DNA from: Desulfobacterales bacterium | GTDB taxonomy: Bacteria > Desulfobacterota > Desulfobacteria > Desulfobacterales > JAQWFD01 | Length of the DNA stretch: 64,000 nucleotides | Assembly (NCBI GenBank): GCA_028704555.1 | Contig: JAQWFD010000007.1 | Coordinates: forward strand, 10,764-74,763 | Direction of reading: 5' to 3' | In this document: positions 1 through 9,836 of the stretch, one piece after another | How the letters are laid out: every line of letters starts with the position of its first letter | Position numbering within the stretch: the first letter of the stretch is position 1 | Notes under the pieces: model-generated | The model's input: the letters and a program-made list of their open reading frames with translations, nothing else | What the model was told of the DNA's origin: nothing | Databases searched by the model: none | Translations under genes and position numbers: made by a program

Positions 1-763
1 CTTTCTGGTCCAGGGTTCGCATAAACGCGGCGGTGGTAATGCTCAGATCCCGGAATTCCTCCATATCCAGATAGACAAATTTGGAAACTGGATTGCCGTC
101 TTTGGGCGTAAACACATGCTCGGATGCGGTCTGATACAGGAGGGATAACCGGCGGCAGAGAATCTCGACGGCATGGTTAAACGCCAGGGAATGAATCTGA
201 GAGTATATGGTAGAAATTTTAACGGATACGGTTTCAATATCAGGGTCCTTCAGATCGTGGATATAGTCTTGAATCCTTCGGAACGCTTCGTCTTCTCCCA
301 ATACCGCCTCACCCAGATGATTGATGTTCATCTTAAGTCCCTGGCGTTTTCGCTTCCTGAGATGTGCATGAAAAAAGTCACTTTCTCCGGGAACAATCAT
401 CCGGCTGCTGTATTGCCTCATTTTGTCGATTATTACGGGAATCACAATTTTCGGAAGATGTCTGCCAAAGGCCAGAAACAGATACAGAAGAATTTTTTCA
501 ACCGGATAGAAAAAATCGGGGATTCCATAGCGGCTAAACAGGTGATGAAGATTGCGGGCCGTTCGTTTCGCGTTTTTGCTGCGAAAGCTCTGATCGATGA
601 GACGGGTTAATGTGACCTTGTCTGCCGGATGTGACAGGAGCCTGCTGAGCTGTTTCTGGTATCTTTTTTCAAAAGGCGTAATCAATTCATTGGCCCGTTT
701 CTGCCAGGATTCGGCCAGCTCTATGGTATCTTTCAGCAGAGAATGATCATTTGCCGGATTCAT
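1..763 (-). CDS. proline dehydrogenase / PutA-family enzyme, N-terminal part (partial, continues past window start)
   Basis: Absent from the ORF track because it has no stop inside the window. My minus-strand translation from ATG (rc of 761-763) reads MNPANDHSLLKDTIELAESWQKRANE...NINHLGEAVLGEDEAFRRIQDYI...VSVKISTIYSQI...FVYLDMEEFRDLSITTAAFMRTLDQK with no stop down to position 1. The LGEA, VKxS and LDMEE motifs fit the proline dehydrogenase domain of long PutA enzymes. Confidence 0.65.
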   Translation of the reverse strand, partial: MNPANDHSLLKDTIELAESWQKRANELITPFEKRYQKQLSRLLSHPADKVTLTRLIDQSFRSKNAKRTARNLHHLFSRYGIPDFFYPVEKILLYLFLAFGRHLPKIVIPVIIDKMRQYSSRMIVPGESDFFHAHLRKRKRQGLKMNINHLGEAVLGEDEAFRRIQDYIHDLKDPDIETVSVKISTIYSQIHSLAFNHAVEILCRRLSLLYQTASEHVFTPKDGNPVSKFVYLDMEEFRDLSITTAAFMRTLDQK

Positions 764-857
764 ATGATTATTCCTTATTTAAAGGTGCTTTCAGATGACA
801 GAAGACAGATGATACGTATCATGCATGTTGACTCACGACTCACAACCCACAACTGAT

Positions 858-2354
858 CTACACCCGTTCATAGATATGAGTCATTTCAAGCAGCATATCG
901 ATGGTCTCCGGGGTAATCTGATCGGAGCAAAGGCGCCATTGCCAGTTGCCGGTTTTCCGTGCGGGTTGATTCATTCGGGCATGGGTTCCCATTCCCAGAA
1001 TATCCTGCATGGGGATAATTGACAGGTCAGCAGTCGACATCATGGCCATCCGGATCATTTCACGGTGAATTTCCTCTACAGGCACTTTTCTTCCGAGGTA
1101 GCGATACAGGTTCAGCCGCTGGAGGCTGTTTTCCGGATCTTCAAACCAGCCCCTGACGGTATCGTTGTCATGGGTTCCTGTATAGACTACGCAGTGCTTC
1201 GGAAGGTTGTGCGGCATATAAGCACTGGCAGGAAAATCATCTCCAAATGCAAATTCGAGAATTTTCATGCCCGGGAATCCAAACTGATGCATGAGTTCCC
1301 GGACATCAGCGGTGATGGTCCCCAGATCTTCGGCAATCACGGGCAGACAGGGAAAGATTCGGATCAGCTGATTGAAAAAATCAATTCCCGGCGTGTCAAC
1401 CCATTTCCCGTTTTGGGCCGTTAATTCACTGGCGGGGACTTCCCAGCAGGCGCAGAATCCGCGGAAATGATCAATCCTGATCCGATCATATAATGCCAGA
1501 TTGTGACGTATCCGGTGAATCCACCAGCTGTACCCGAGTTGTATCAGTGCCGTCCAGTTATAAACCGGATGGCCCCACAGCTGACCGGTCCGGCTGAAAT
1601 AATCCGGCGGCACGCCGGATACGGCTATCGGCTTTTTGTGTTCGTCCAGCTTGAATATGTCCGGATGAATCCACAGATCCGCACTGTCATATGGCATGTA
1701 AATGGGGATATCTCCCAGCAGTTGAATGCGTTTGAGGTTGCAGTATCGTTTCAGACGGGTCCATTGCAGATGAAACATATACTGGAAAAATTTTTCCCTG
1801 TTTAAAGCGTCCGCCAGTTTGATTGCGGCTACCTCAAGAGAGCCGGGAAGTCGGTCACGAAGCGGAGCCGGCCACTCAGCCCATATTTTACCCCGGAAAT
1901 GAGATCGCAGAACAGTAAACAGCGAAAAATCATCCAGCCAGCCGGCATGATATCGGCAGAAGCGGTCAAAATCCGCATGGCTTTCCAGGGTTTTAAACCG
2001 TTCGTAAGCCAGTTCAAGAAGGTGTTTCTTAAACGAGACCGTCTTTTTGAAATCAACCCGGTCCTTTGGAAATTGCGGACGGGAATCAAGCTCTGATTGT
2101 TTGAGCAGTCCGTCTCTGACCAGAAACTCCGGGCTGATGAGCAGCTCATTGCCCGCGAAGGCTGACGTGCTGTAATACGGCGAGCAGCCATGAACAACCT
2201 CAACGGGATTCAGCGGCAGGAGCTGCCAGACGCTCTGGCGCGTTTGAGCCAGAAAATCGGCAAACCCATAGGCTCCCGGCCCCAGATCCCCGATTCCAAA
2301 GTCAGAAGGCAGAGACGTAATATGCAGAAGAATGCCGCTGGATCTTTTTGTCAT
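858..2354 (-). CDS. malQ: 4-alpha-glucanotransferase (amylomaltase, GH77)
   Basis: 498 aa. N-terminus RSSGILLHITSLPSDFGIGDLGPGAYGFADFL, plus the full-length GH77 pattern (YYSTSAFAGNELLISPE, HDNDT). Confidence 0.9.
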   Translation of the reverse strand: MTKRSSGILLHITSLPSDFGIGDLGPGAYGFADFLAQTRQSVWQLLPLNPVEVVHGCSPYYSTSAFAGNELLISPEFLVRDGLLKQSELDSRPQFPKDRVDFKKTVSFKKHLLELAYERFKTLESHADFDRFCRYHAGWLDDFSLFTVLRSHFRGKIWAEWPAPLRDRLPGSLEVAAIKLADALNREKFFQYMFHLQWTRLKRYCNLKRIQLLGDIPIYMPYDSADLWIHPDIFKLDEHKKPIAVSGVPPDYFSRTGQLWGHPVYNWTALIQLGYSWWIHRIRHNLALYDRIRIDHFRGFCACWEVPASELTAQNGKWVDTPGIDFFNQLIRIFPCLPVIAEDLGTITADVRELMHQFGFPGMKILEFAFGDDFPASAYMPHNLPKHCVVYTGTHDNDTVRGWFEDPENSLQRLNLYRYLGRKVPVEEIHREMIRMAMMSTADLSIIPMQDILGMGTHARMNQPARKTGNWQWRLCSDQITPETIDMLLEMTHIYERV

Positions 2355-2378
2355 TCACTGTCCTTGTCAGTCAGATGC

Positions 2379-2504
2379 GTCGTGAGTCTCAACAGTCGTG
2401 AGTCAAAAGATAAAGTCGTGAGTCACTAAAGTCGTGAGTCTCAACAGTCGTGAGTTGAGAGTTGAGAGTCTTCTGCCCTCTGACTTCTGTGCCCTTAACC
2501 CTCC
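2379..2504. repeat. intergenic short-repeat spacer (GTCGTGAGTC word x5, TTGAGAG x2, CTGCCCT and CCCTTAA units)
   Basis: GTCGTGAGTC starts at 2379, 2395, 2415, 2431 and 2447. It is followed by gagttgagagttgagag, ctgccctctgac and gcccttaaccctcc. The spacer lies between the treY stop and the malQ start. Confidence 0.8.
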
Positions 2505-2538
2505 GAGCTTTTCTACGCTTTTAACTCAGCACTCAGTC

Positions 2539-5331
2539 CTATTCCCTTTCCCCTGCCATCATCGCCACCGGAAACCGGTCCAGAATATCGCCGATAAAAA
2601 ACCGCTCATGGAGGCGAACCGGCTCGCCAGTCAATACATTGATCCACCGGGATGGCGCTTCCGGGGGCAGCATGATCTGCGTATCGTGCCAGACCTTTCG
2701 GCCAAGCGGATGCTGGGCCTCTTTTATCAGGGAAGTGAAAAATCTGGGGGCGATGGTCATGCACCACTGATCTTCCCAGACACGGATGTAGGCGATGATA
2801 TGATCTTTCAGTGTGCCGGATGCATACAACGGCATGTAACTGCGGCTCTGAAATGTGGTATGGTGCTTTCTGCGGGCCTCAAGGGCTTTTACTGTCAGAA
2901 AGCATTTGATCTCTCCGTTTTCTCTGGATGTCAGCAGGTCGGTCAGCAAAGAGGCGATATCGGTGCGTTCTTTTTCCCGGATCGCCCGCAGGCAGGCTTT
3001 CCGAGCCTTAAAATCAACGGGTTTTCGGTTGTCCGGATCGGTCAGGTTCAGGTCCCACAGTTCCGTACCCTGATAAAAATCCGGGATGCCCGGCGCTGTA
3101 ATTTTGATCAATACCTGTGAAAGTGAATTCCATATGCCGTAACCGGCCACCTTCCTGAAAAACGGATGAAAATGTTTCATAAATCCGTTGCCGGGCCTAT
3201 CCGTCAGAAGCCTGTCGATAAACTCCGTGCAGGCTGATTCATAAGATAAATCCGGATCAAACCATGAAGAGTGCACCTTCGCCTCTCTGAGCGATTTCAC
3301 CATATGCGCTTTGATCCGATGAGCGAAGGTGGACGGGTGGCTTCCGTCAAACGGAAAGGAGCCGATCAGGGTCTGATAAAGGTAGTATTCCTCATTGGGG
3401 TCCGGTGCCGGAACCCCGTTTTTTATGATTTTTTTATCCCTGTTCAGTCCGGACCAGATTTTGAGCGTACTTTCCCACTCGTGCGGGATTTCCGACAGGA
3501 CGTTGAGCCGGGACCGGACATCTTCACCCCGTTTGGTATCATGTGTAGCGGTGGCGTTCAGGCAATGGGGCCATTGATCCGCCCGATGCCGCATAGCATC
3601 ATGAAATAAATCCGGATTGCTGCCGAACCGGGCAGGGGCGGTACCCACATCGTTGAGCGACAGCAGGCGGTTGTACTGATAAAAGGCCGTATCTTCAAGC
3701 CCTTTGGCCATCACGGGAGCCATCATCTGCTGGAATTTCATGACAAATGTAAGGCATTTTTCCGTTGGGTCATGAAACCCTTTTAACCCCGATACCATCA
3801 TGGCCAAGATAAATTCAAGTTCACGCCTGAGTCCCGGCCGGTTTTCAATGGCTGTGGCAGCAGCAGATTGAAGATGGTCACGATCGATCGGGCTGCAGCC
3901 CCGGGCGGATATGAAGGTTCTGTATACCGGAAAGCAGGTCAGCAATTCTCTCAGAGCGGATCTTAACCGGTGGAACGTGAAATCTTTGCCGTGGCGGTAA
4001 CCAGCCGCGATATTTTTGAGCAGGAAGGATATATTATTCAGATCACCCGCCATTTCTTCTTCCATGAACCGTTTTTTTGATTGATGGACGAGGTCCGGCC
4101 ATGGGGTGATGTTTCCTGTAAATTCCTGATATATACGGGTAAATTCCGGAGCGGTATCGGTCCGGCAGAAGATCGAATTCACGTGGCCCAAAAAGTCATA
4201 GCCGGTAGTGCCCTGGACAGGCCATGACAAAGGAAGCTTCTCGGTGGCGCCGAGAATTTTTTCGACCACGATGAACCTGTCCCCGACACGTTCAGCAAGG
4301 TGCTTCAGGTATGCCTCCGGATCATAAAGCCCGTCAATATGGTCAATTCTTAATCCGGATATCCTCCCGGATTCGATCAGCTGAAGAACCAGTTTGTGAA
4401 CATGGTTGAATACTTCCTCCTTCTCTGTTCTCCAGCAGATCAATTCATTGATGCTGAAAAATCGGCGATAGTTGATTTCATCCGCAGCTGTTTTCCAGTA
4501 AGACAGACGAAACCGCTGAGATCCCAGAAGCTCATCAAGCCCGGAATAACTTTCCGGTGAATCCTGACTGCCGTTAAAGCGATCGACACCGGTGTCAATG
4601 ATGCTGCGGATAACCGGATTGCGGTTGTATATATTCCATAACGTTTTTTTTATATAGTGGCACTGTCGTCTGCGCAGTTTTATAAACGGGGACAACGATA
4701 AGGATGCGATATGAACCGAAGCGTTTCGCAGCCGGATCATGTCCGGATGGTCCGCAGGGATCCGGCTTTTGCATGCTTCACGTATCGGTTTAAGTATCAT
4801 TCCATAAGATTCTATGGATACAGGGAATATGAATTTATGATAATGGACTGAAAATCCGTTTGGACCATAAATCAGCCGAATCAGCCCTTTTTCAAGTTCA
4901 TCACCAAAATGCCCGCCGGCAAATGGCGCCAGCACTTTCTGATTCAGATCCCGGCAGGGATGGTTCCACAGGATATCAAAAAAACCGGCATAGTCTGAAG
5001 CCATGCCGTTTTCCAGAACATCCATGAGCAGGGCGTTATCCGGATCAAAGGCGGTATGGTTCGGAACGATATCCTGAACCCATCCCATTTGATTGAGGTT
5101 GATTTCATCTGCCAGTCGTTCGAATGTTTCAGCAGAACCCAGTTCAGGATTGATCTGATTTGGATCAATGATATCGTAGCCATGCTGCGATCCCTTTCTG
5201 GACTTGAAAATGGGAGACGCGTAAATATCTGTCATATTCAGATCCGACAAATAGGAAATGACACCGGCCGCCGAATTAAAATCAAACTGCTCGTTGAACT
5301 GAAGCCTGTAAGTGGCAATCGGAATTCTCAT
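2539..5331 (-). CDS. treY: malto-oligosyltrehalose synthase
   Basis: 930 aa. N-terminus MRIPIATYRLQFNEQFDFNSAAGVISYLSDLNMTDIYASPIFKSRKGSQHGYDIIDP is the classic TreY signature. Confidence 0.9.
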   Translation of the reverse strand: MRIPIATYRLQFNEQFDFNSAAGVISYLSDLNMTDIYASPIFKSRKGSQHGYDIIDPNQINPELGSAETFERLADEINLNQMGWVQDIVPNHTAFDPDNALLMDVLENGMASDYAGFFDILWNHPCRDLNQKVLAPFAGGHFGDELEKGLIRLIYGPNGFSVHYHKFIFPVSIESYGMILKPIREACKSRIPADHPDMIRLRNASVHIASLSLSPFIKLRRRQCHYIKKTLWNIYNRNPVIRSIIDTGVDRFNGSQDSPESYSGLDELLGSQRFRLSYWKTAADEINYRRFFSINELICWRTEKEEVFNHVHKLVLQLIESGRISGLRIDHIDGLYDPEAYLKHLAERVGDRFIVVEKILGATEKLPLSWPVQGTTGYDFLGHVNSIFCRTDTAPEFTRIYQEFTGNITPWPDLVHQSKKRFMEEEMAGDLNNISFLLKNIAAGYRHGKDFTFHRLRSALRELLTCFPVYRTFISARGCSPIDRDHLQSAAATAIENRPGLRRELEFILAMMVSGLKGFHDPTEKCLTFVMKFQQMMAPVMAKGLEDTAFYQYNRLLSLNDVGTAPARFGSNPDLFHDAMRHRADQWPHCLNATATHDTKRGEDVRSRLNVLSEIPHEWESTLKIWSGLNRDKKIIKNGVPAPDPNEEYYLYQTLIGSFPFDGSHPSTFAHRIKAHMVKSLREAKVHSSWFDPDLSYESACTEFIDRLLTDRPGNGFMKHFHPFFRKVAGYGIWNSLSQVLIKITAPGIPDFYQGTELWDLNLTDPDNRKPVDFKARKACLRAIREKERTDIASLLTDLLTSRENGEIKCFLTVKALEARRKHHTTFQSRSYMPLYASGTLKDHIIAYIRVWEDQWCMTIAPRFFTSLIKEAQHPLGRKVWHDTQIMLPPEAPSRWINVLTGEPVRLHERFFIGDILDRFPVAMMAGERE

Positions 5332-5398
5332 CGTATTAATCCGCAGTCATGAGTCGTGAGTCCGCAGTCGTCTGCCATCTGACCTCTGCCCTCCGTCC
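5332..5398. repeat. 67-bp spacer in continuous 7-nt register
   Basis: The minus (sense) strand reads GGACGGA GGGCAGA GGTCAGA TGGCAGA CGACTGC GGACTCA CGACTCA TGACTGC GGATTAA. This fills the gap between the GH57 stop (5399-5401) and the treY start (5331). Confidence 0.75.
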
Positions 5399-7846
5399 TC
5401 ATTCTTCGATATAAAATGACAGATTCCTGCCCACGGCGATAAAATGCTCAACCCACCGGCCAGCGGCTTCATCTTTTTGTTGAGCCTTGTTCTTCATTTC
5501 CGGATAGGTATCGGTCATGATGGTATTGAACATGTTTTGAATTTTTCTCAGATTCACGTTAAATGGAAGTATCTTCAGGAGATTGACTGCGGATTCCTGT
5601 TTTTCAAGGGCCGAAAAATCTAAGGGCTGCTTAGAAAATGAATCGGCAATCAGTTCAAGCGATTGCCGCAATGCATATTCAAGTGTCAGCGAATCCAGGG
5701 GAACGCCGATCATTCCGGCTTCATCCAGGTGACTTTTTATCTGATATTCCTCAAAATTTTCATTTTGAAATGCTTTTAGAAGGTGAAAATTCAGATAAAA
5801 TTCTGCTGATTTGTACAGACTGTCCGGAATAGGTATATTTATATTTTTCAGAAATCGCAGCATGGCGGCATTGCTTTCGTATATCTGCTGGAAGGCATTT
5901 TGTGCTTCATCTAAGGCCGGCTGCATGATTTGATCCAGAATTTTACGTTGTTCATCGTGGAATATAGTTTGAAGCGAATAGATGGATGTGCCGAAATAGT
6001 TATTCATTAACTGAAGCGTTTTTGGAAAATCCGCTTCGGAAAAGGCCTGAGAGATGGTTTCCTTCATTGACTCGTAATTTTCATCGGATTGAAATTCATG
6101 GGAACCGCAGGTAAGGGTATGTTTGCCCAGATGAAGCACGGCAAAACACAGCCGGACAGATTCGTTTATAATTTCCGATGTGATACGAATTCGTCCTGTC
6201 AGCAGCTTTGATCTGCCAATCGTATGGATCTGGTAATCTTCCCTGTCTGCGGTGTAGCAAAAGATGGATGCCTGATCGGCATATTGCTCGAATATCGAAC
6301 TCATGGCATAATGGGCTCCCACTTTTTTTAAATCCACCATAGACGGTATGATAAATTTTTCGTATATGAGTCGACCATTTCCATGTTCAGGAAAATTGCT
6401 CATTGCTTCTTCCAATTTTGTCAGAAAGTTTGTTTCTATGGAATTTCCAAACAACTCTTTGTAAATCTGGATGGCCCGTCCGGCGTATTGAATGATTTGT
6501 ACGGTTTCGATACCGGAGATTTCATCGAAGAACCAGCCGCAGCTGGTGAACATCAGCATGGCATTTCTCTGAAGTTCCATGAGCTTCAACACCGTGTTTA
6601 TTTCGGGAGGCTCCAGTTTTCTTACCGCATGACTGGAAAGAAACGCTTCGATCGTATCATTGGACCGGGGGGACCGGTTCAGGGACCGGTTCAGCAGGAT
6701 CTGGATATAATCATTGCGTGCGGTAACCGGATTTTTCAGAAGTTGTTGCGCCTTTTCCATATATGGGGGTGACAGTTGATCCCGGAGCCAGTTCAGGGAT
6801 GCCCGAAGCGGCGCACGCCATGACTGGTTCCAGTCCGGATGTCCTCCGGTACAGCATCCGCAGTTGCTTTTCCATCGCTCAATTCCGTGAGGACAGCTCC
6901 AGGAGGAATTTTCCACCAGTTGAACGTCATAAGCCGGTGGGTGCTTTTCCAGAAATTCGCCATAATTGGTTAACGATACCGATGTCTGGGATTCGATGAA
7001 GTTCAGCGCAAAGGCAAGTCCTTTGTCGCCACCCTGATAATGATGGCCATAGGTTTCTCCGTCTGTGGCGATATGGACCAGCCCGGAGCTGGTCTCGTCC
7101 GAAAAGCCGTTCAGGAGCATTTCGGCAAACTTTTTCCCATTCTGCATCAGTCCCTTGTATGCGACGGCATGCGATATTTCCGCGTCGTAAAAAAAGATGG
7201 ATATGGTTTTGCCGGATGGCAGCCGGGCGTTATAGGCCATGGTGGTATCGATCGTGTCAGGTGCTGCATCTGACCAGATGCCTTTATCCGAGGGTTTTAT
7301 CCGGGCAGCCTGATGCGGGGCGAGGATCGTAAACCGGATACCCAGTTCGACCATCATATCCAGGGATTCGAGATCAACCGCTGTCTCCGGCAGCCACATT
7401 CCCTCGGGTTTCCGGTTGAACCGGTGGGTGAAATCCTGGATTCCCCAGTATATCTGGGTATATTTATCCGCGGGATTGGCCAGAGGAAGAATCATATGGT
7501 TATACGGTTGAGCCAGCGCGGAACCGTGCCCTGAAAAAAATTGCCGGCTTTCAACATCCGCTGTTAAAATGGCATTATAGACGTCCGGTGCTTCATGTTC
7601 CAGCCAGGTCAGCAATGTGGGTCCGAAATTAAAGCTGATTCTGGAATAGTTATTCACGATTTTCAGAATCTGATTTTTCTGGTTTAAAATCCGGGAGGTG
7701 GCGTTGGTTGCATAACATTCAGCCGTAATCCGGTGATTCCAGTCATGGTATGGATATGCCGAGTCCTGGAGTTCTACGGCTTCCAGCCATGGATTTTCAC
7801 GGGGCGGCTGGTAAAAATGTCCGTGAATACAGATATATTTGTTCAT
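5399..7846 (-). CDS. GH57-family glycoside hydrolase with long C-terminal extension
   Basis: The sequence MNKYICIHGHFYQPPRENPWLEAVELQDSAYPYHDWNHRITAECY is typical of GH57. I chose the start at Met34 of the tracked ORF (ATG rc 7844-7846), 5 nt after the treZ stop. The upstream extension overlaps treZ. Confidence 0.8.
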   Translation of the reverse strand: MNKYICIHGHFYQPPRENPWLEAVELQDSAYPYHDWNHRITAECYATNATSRILNQKNQILKIVNNYSRISFNFGPTLLTWLEHEAPDVYNAILTADVESRQFFSGHGSALAQPYNHMILPLANPADKYTQIYWGIQDFTHRFNRKPEGMWLPETAVDLESLDMMVELGIRFTILAPHQAARIKPSDKGIWSDAAPDTIDTTMAYNARLPSGKTISIFFYDAEISHAVAYKGLMQNGKKFAEMLLNGFSDETSSGLVHIATDGETYGHHYQGGDKGLAFALNFIESQTSVSLTNYGEFLEKHPPAYDVQLVENSSWSCPHGIERWKSNCGCCTGGHPDWNQSWRAPLRASLNWLRDQLSPPYMEKAQQLLKNPVTARNDYIQILLNRSLNRSPRSNDTIEAFLSSHAVRKLEPPEINTVLKLMELQRNAMLMFTSCGWFFDEISGIETVQIIQYAGRAIQIYKELFGNSIETNFLTKLEEAMSNFPEHGNGRLIYEKFIIPSMVDLKKVGAHYAMSSIFEQYADQASIFCYTADREDYQIHTIGRSKLLTGRIRITSEIINESVRLCFAVLHLGKHTLTCGSHEFQSDENYESMKETISQAFSEADFPKTLQLMNNYFGTSIYSLQTIFHDEQRKILDQIMQPALDEAQNAFQQIYESNAAMLRFLKNINIPIPDSLYKSAEFYLNFHLLKAFQNENFEEYQIKSHLDEAGMIGVPLDSLTLEYALRQSLELIADSFSKQPLDFSALEKQESAVNLLKILPFNVNLRKIQNMFNTIMTDTYPEMKNKAQQKDEAAGRWVEHFIAVGRNLSFYIEE

Positions 7847-7850
7847 CTGT

Positions 7851-9749
7851 CTATCTCTCCTCTGTTTGAGTCTCGCCCGTTTGAATTTCCCCCGTGTGAA
7901 TCTGATTGGCCAGTTCGTTATCCAGGGTAAACAGAAGCACCGCATGCGGTGCTGAAGTTAGCGTTATCAGTCCTTCTGACAGGATTTGAGGTGGAATTGT
8001 GCTTCCGGGACCATTCCATTGCAGCTCTGTCGAATCCAGCCGTTTATCCCATTGGCCCGGAATCCCTCTTATTTCGAATTCGGCCGGTTCACTGTTAAAA
8101 TGATACAGCAGCAGGGCATGGCTGGAACCATTCCAGCGATGAACCGTCAGTGTGTGCCGGTTTTCATTTGCGGTTACCGTCATCTGATCTTTATTCAGAC
8201 AGGCCAGAGCAGGGATTGTTTTCCGCAGGTGTATCAGATAGCGGTAAAACTCAAACAATACCCGGTGATGGCCTTGGTGTCGAAGGCCATGATTGAGTTT
8301 GCACTGTAAAAAGGTGGAGATATCCTGAGGGTCCGGAGGAACCCCCTGCCATTGAAAAGCGGCAAACTCCTTTTCGCGTCCCTTGCGGACAGCTTCAATC
8401 AATGCGGGATCAGAATGGCTGATAAAGTACTGAAAGGGAGCCGGCTCCCCGTATTCCTCACCCATGAACAGCAGGGGAATAAACGGGGACAGCAGGGCCA
8501 GGGCCGCTGACAGTTTCAGGACTTCAAATGAAACCTGAGCGGATAAGCGCTCACCCATCATCCGGTTACCCACCTGATCATGATTCTGTATAAATACGAT
8601 CAGGCGGTCAGCGGTCAGTTGCCGTGAGGAATTTCCGTGTCTGCGATTTCGATAGAACGAATATTGTCCGGAATAAACAAATCCTTCCCGACAGGCTTTG
8701 GCCAGGTGATCCAATGTTCCGAAATCCTGAAAGTAGCCGGTTTTTTCTCCGGTTACCAGGCTGTGGACGCTGTGGTGGAAATCTTCATTCCACTGGGCAT
8801 CCAGATCATAGCCTCCAAGATATTCCGGGCGTACTATTTTTGTATCGTTGAGATCGCTTTCCGCAATCGTGTAGACGCGCCGGTTCAGGCTTTCTGACAG
8901 GCGGTGGACGGTTTCCGACAGCTCCAGGAGAAACGGACGGGCGGAAAAATCCATGATGGCATGAACCGCATCGATTCTCAGTGCGTCAATATGACAGTCG
9001 TGAATCCAGTAGATCGCATTTTCAATAAAAAACCGGCGGACATGGTCATTTCCCCGGTCATCGAAGTTCATGGCCGGTCCCCACGGGGTTGAATATACAT
9101 CGGTGAAATAAGGGCCAAACTTGCTGAAATAATTCCCCTCGGGCCCGAGATGATTGTAGACGACATCCAGAACAACGGCCAGTCCTTTGCGATGACAGGC
9201 GTTGACCAGATTTTTTAATCCGGTCGGACCCCCGTAGGAATGCTGAATCGCAAACGGATAGGCCGGATCATACCCCCAGTTTCGATCCCCCGGAAACTGG
9301 GCAACCGGCATCAGTTCGATGGCGGTAATTCCCAGATCTTTGAGTGTGTCCAGCCAGGGGATAACGGCTCCGAATGTCCCTTCCGGGGTAAAGGTGCCGA
9401 CATGCAGCTCATACAAAATGTACCGGCTCAGACAGATGCCGGACCAGTGGCTGTCATTCCATGAAAATACGGAGGGTATGATTTCCGAAGGGCCATGCAC
9501 GCCTTCGGGCTGGTATCGAGATGCAGGATCGGGCCACGGCCCCCCGTCATCCAGTTGATAAAAGTACCGGGTTCCGGGACCTGTGCCATCGATAATACCA
9601 GAATGGTAGCCATCGGCATTTTTTTTTAACGCCTCGCTCCGGTTTTCAGGATACACGATATGGACATTCACCTGCCGGGCAAAAGGTGCCCACACGATAA
9701 ACCGGCATCGGTTCAGTCCCAGAAAGGTGGCGCCCAGTTTTGTATTCAT
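7851..9749 (-). CDS. treZ: malto-oligosyltrehalose trehalohydrolase (GH13)
   Basis: Supported by GATFLG..CRFIVWAPFARQVNVHIV, the GH13 core (DVVYNHLGPEGNY, LRIDAVHAI, QNHDQVGNR) and its position with treY. The start is uncertain: 9749 (MNTKLGATF) or an upstream GTG at 9785. Confidence 0.85.
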   Translation of the reverse strand: MNTKLGATFLGLNRCRFIVWAPFARQVNVHIVYPENRSEALKKNADGYHSGIIDGTGPGTRYFYQLDDGGPWPDPASRYQPEGVHGPSEIIPSVFSWNDSHWSGICLSRYILYELHVGTFTPEGTFGAVIPWLDTLKDLGITAIELMPVAQFPGDRNWGYDPAYPFAIQHSYGGPTGLKNLVNACHRKGLAVVLDVVYNHLGPEGNYFSKFGPYFTDVYSTPWGPAMNFDDRGNDHVRRFFIENAIYWIHDCHIDALRIDAVHAIMDFSARPFLLELSETVHRLSESLNRRVYTIAESDLNDTKIVRPEYLGGYDLDAQWNEDFHHSVHSLVTGEKTGYFQDFGTLDHLAKACREGFVYSGQYSFYRNRRHGNSSRQLTADRLIVFIQNHDQVGNRMMGERLSAQVSFEVLKLSAALALLSPFIPLLFMGEEYGEPAPFQYFISHSDPALIEAVRKGREKEFAAFQWQGVPPDPQDISTFLQCKLNHGLRHQGHHRVLFEFYRYLIHLRKTIPALACLNKDQMTVTANENRHTLTVHRWNGSSHALLLYHFNSEPAEFEIRGIPGQWDKRLDSTELQWNGPGSTIPPQILSEGLITLTSAPHAVLLFTLDNELANQIHTGEIQTGETQTEER

Positions 9750-9780
9750 CCATAAACCCCATCGACCAGAGTCGATTCCC

Positions 9781-9822
9781 TGCACCTTATACCCTGCACC
9801 TTATACCCTATACCCTATACCT
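9781..9822. repeat. tandem repeat TGCACCTTATACCC x2 then TATACCC x2
   Basis: Read directly at 9781-9822. On the minus (sense) strand this gives GGGTATA units just downstream of the treT stop. Confidence 0.8.
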
Positions 9823-9836
9823 TTCATCCTGTTTTT

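Noticed and set aside
173-610. 145-aa plus-strand ORF at the left edge of the window.
   Set aside because: It lies antisense to a much better minus-strand frame (1-763). That frame is open throughout and carries proline-dehydrogenase motifs. The plus-strand product has no recognisable features.
7851-7945. A 95-nt overlap between the tracked GH57 and treZ ORFs, suggesting overlapping genes.
   Set aside because: It is an artefact of extending the GH57 ORF to the farthest upstream Met. The conserved GH57 N-terminus starts at Met34 (7846), 5 nt downstream of the treZ stop.
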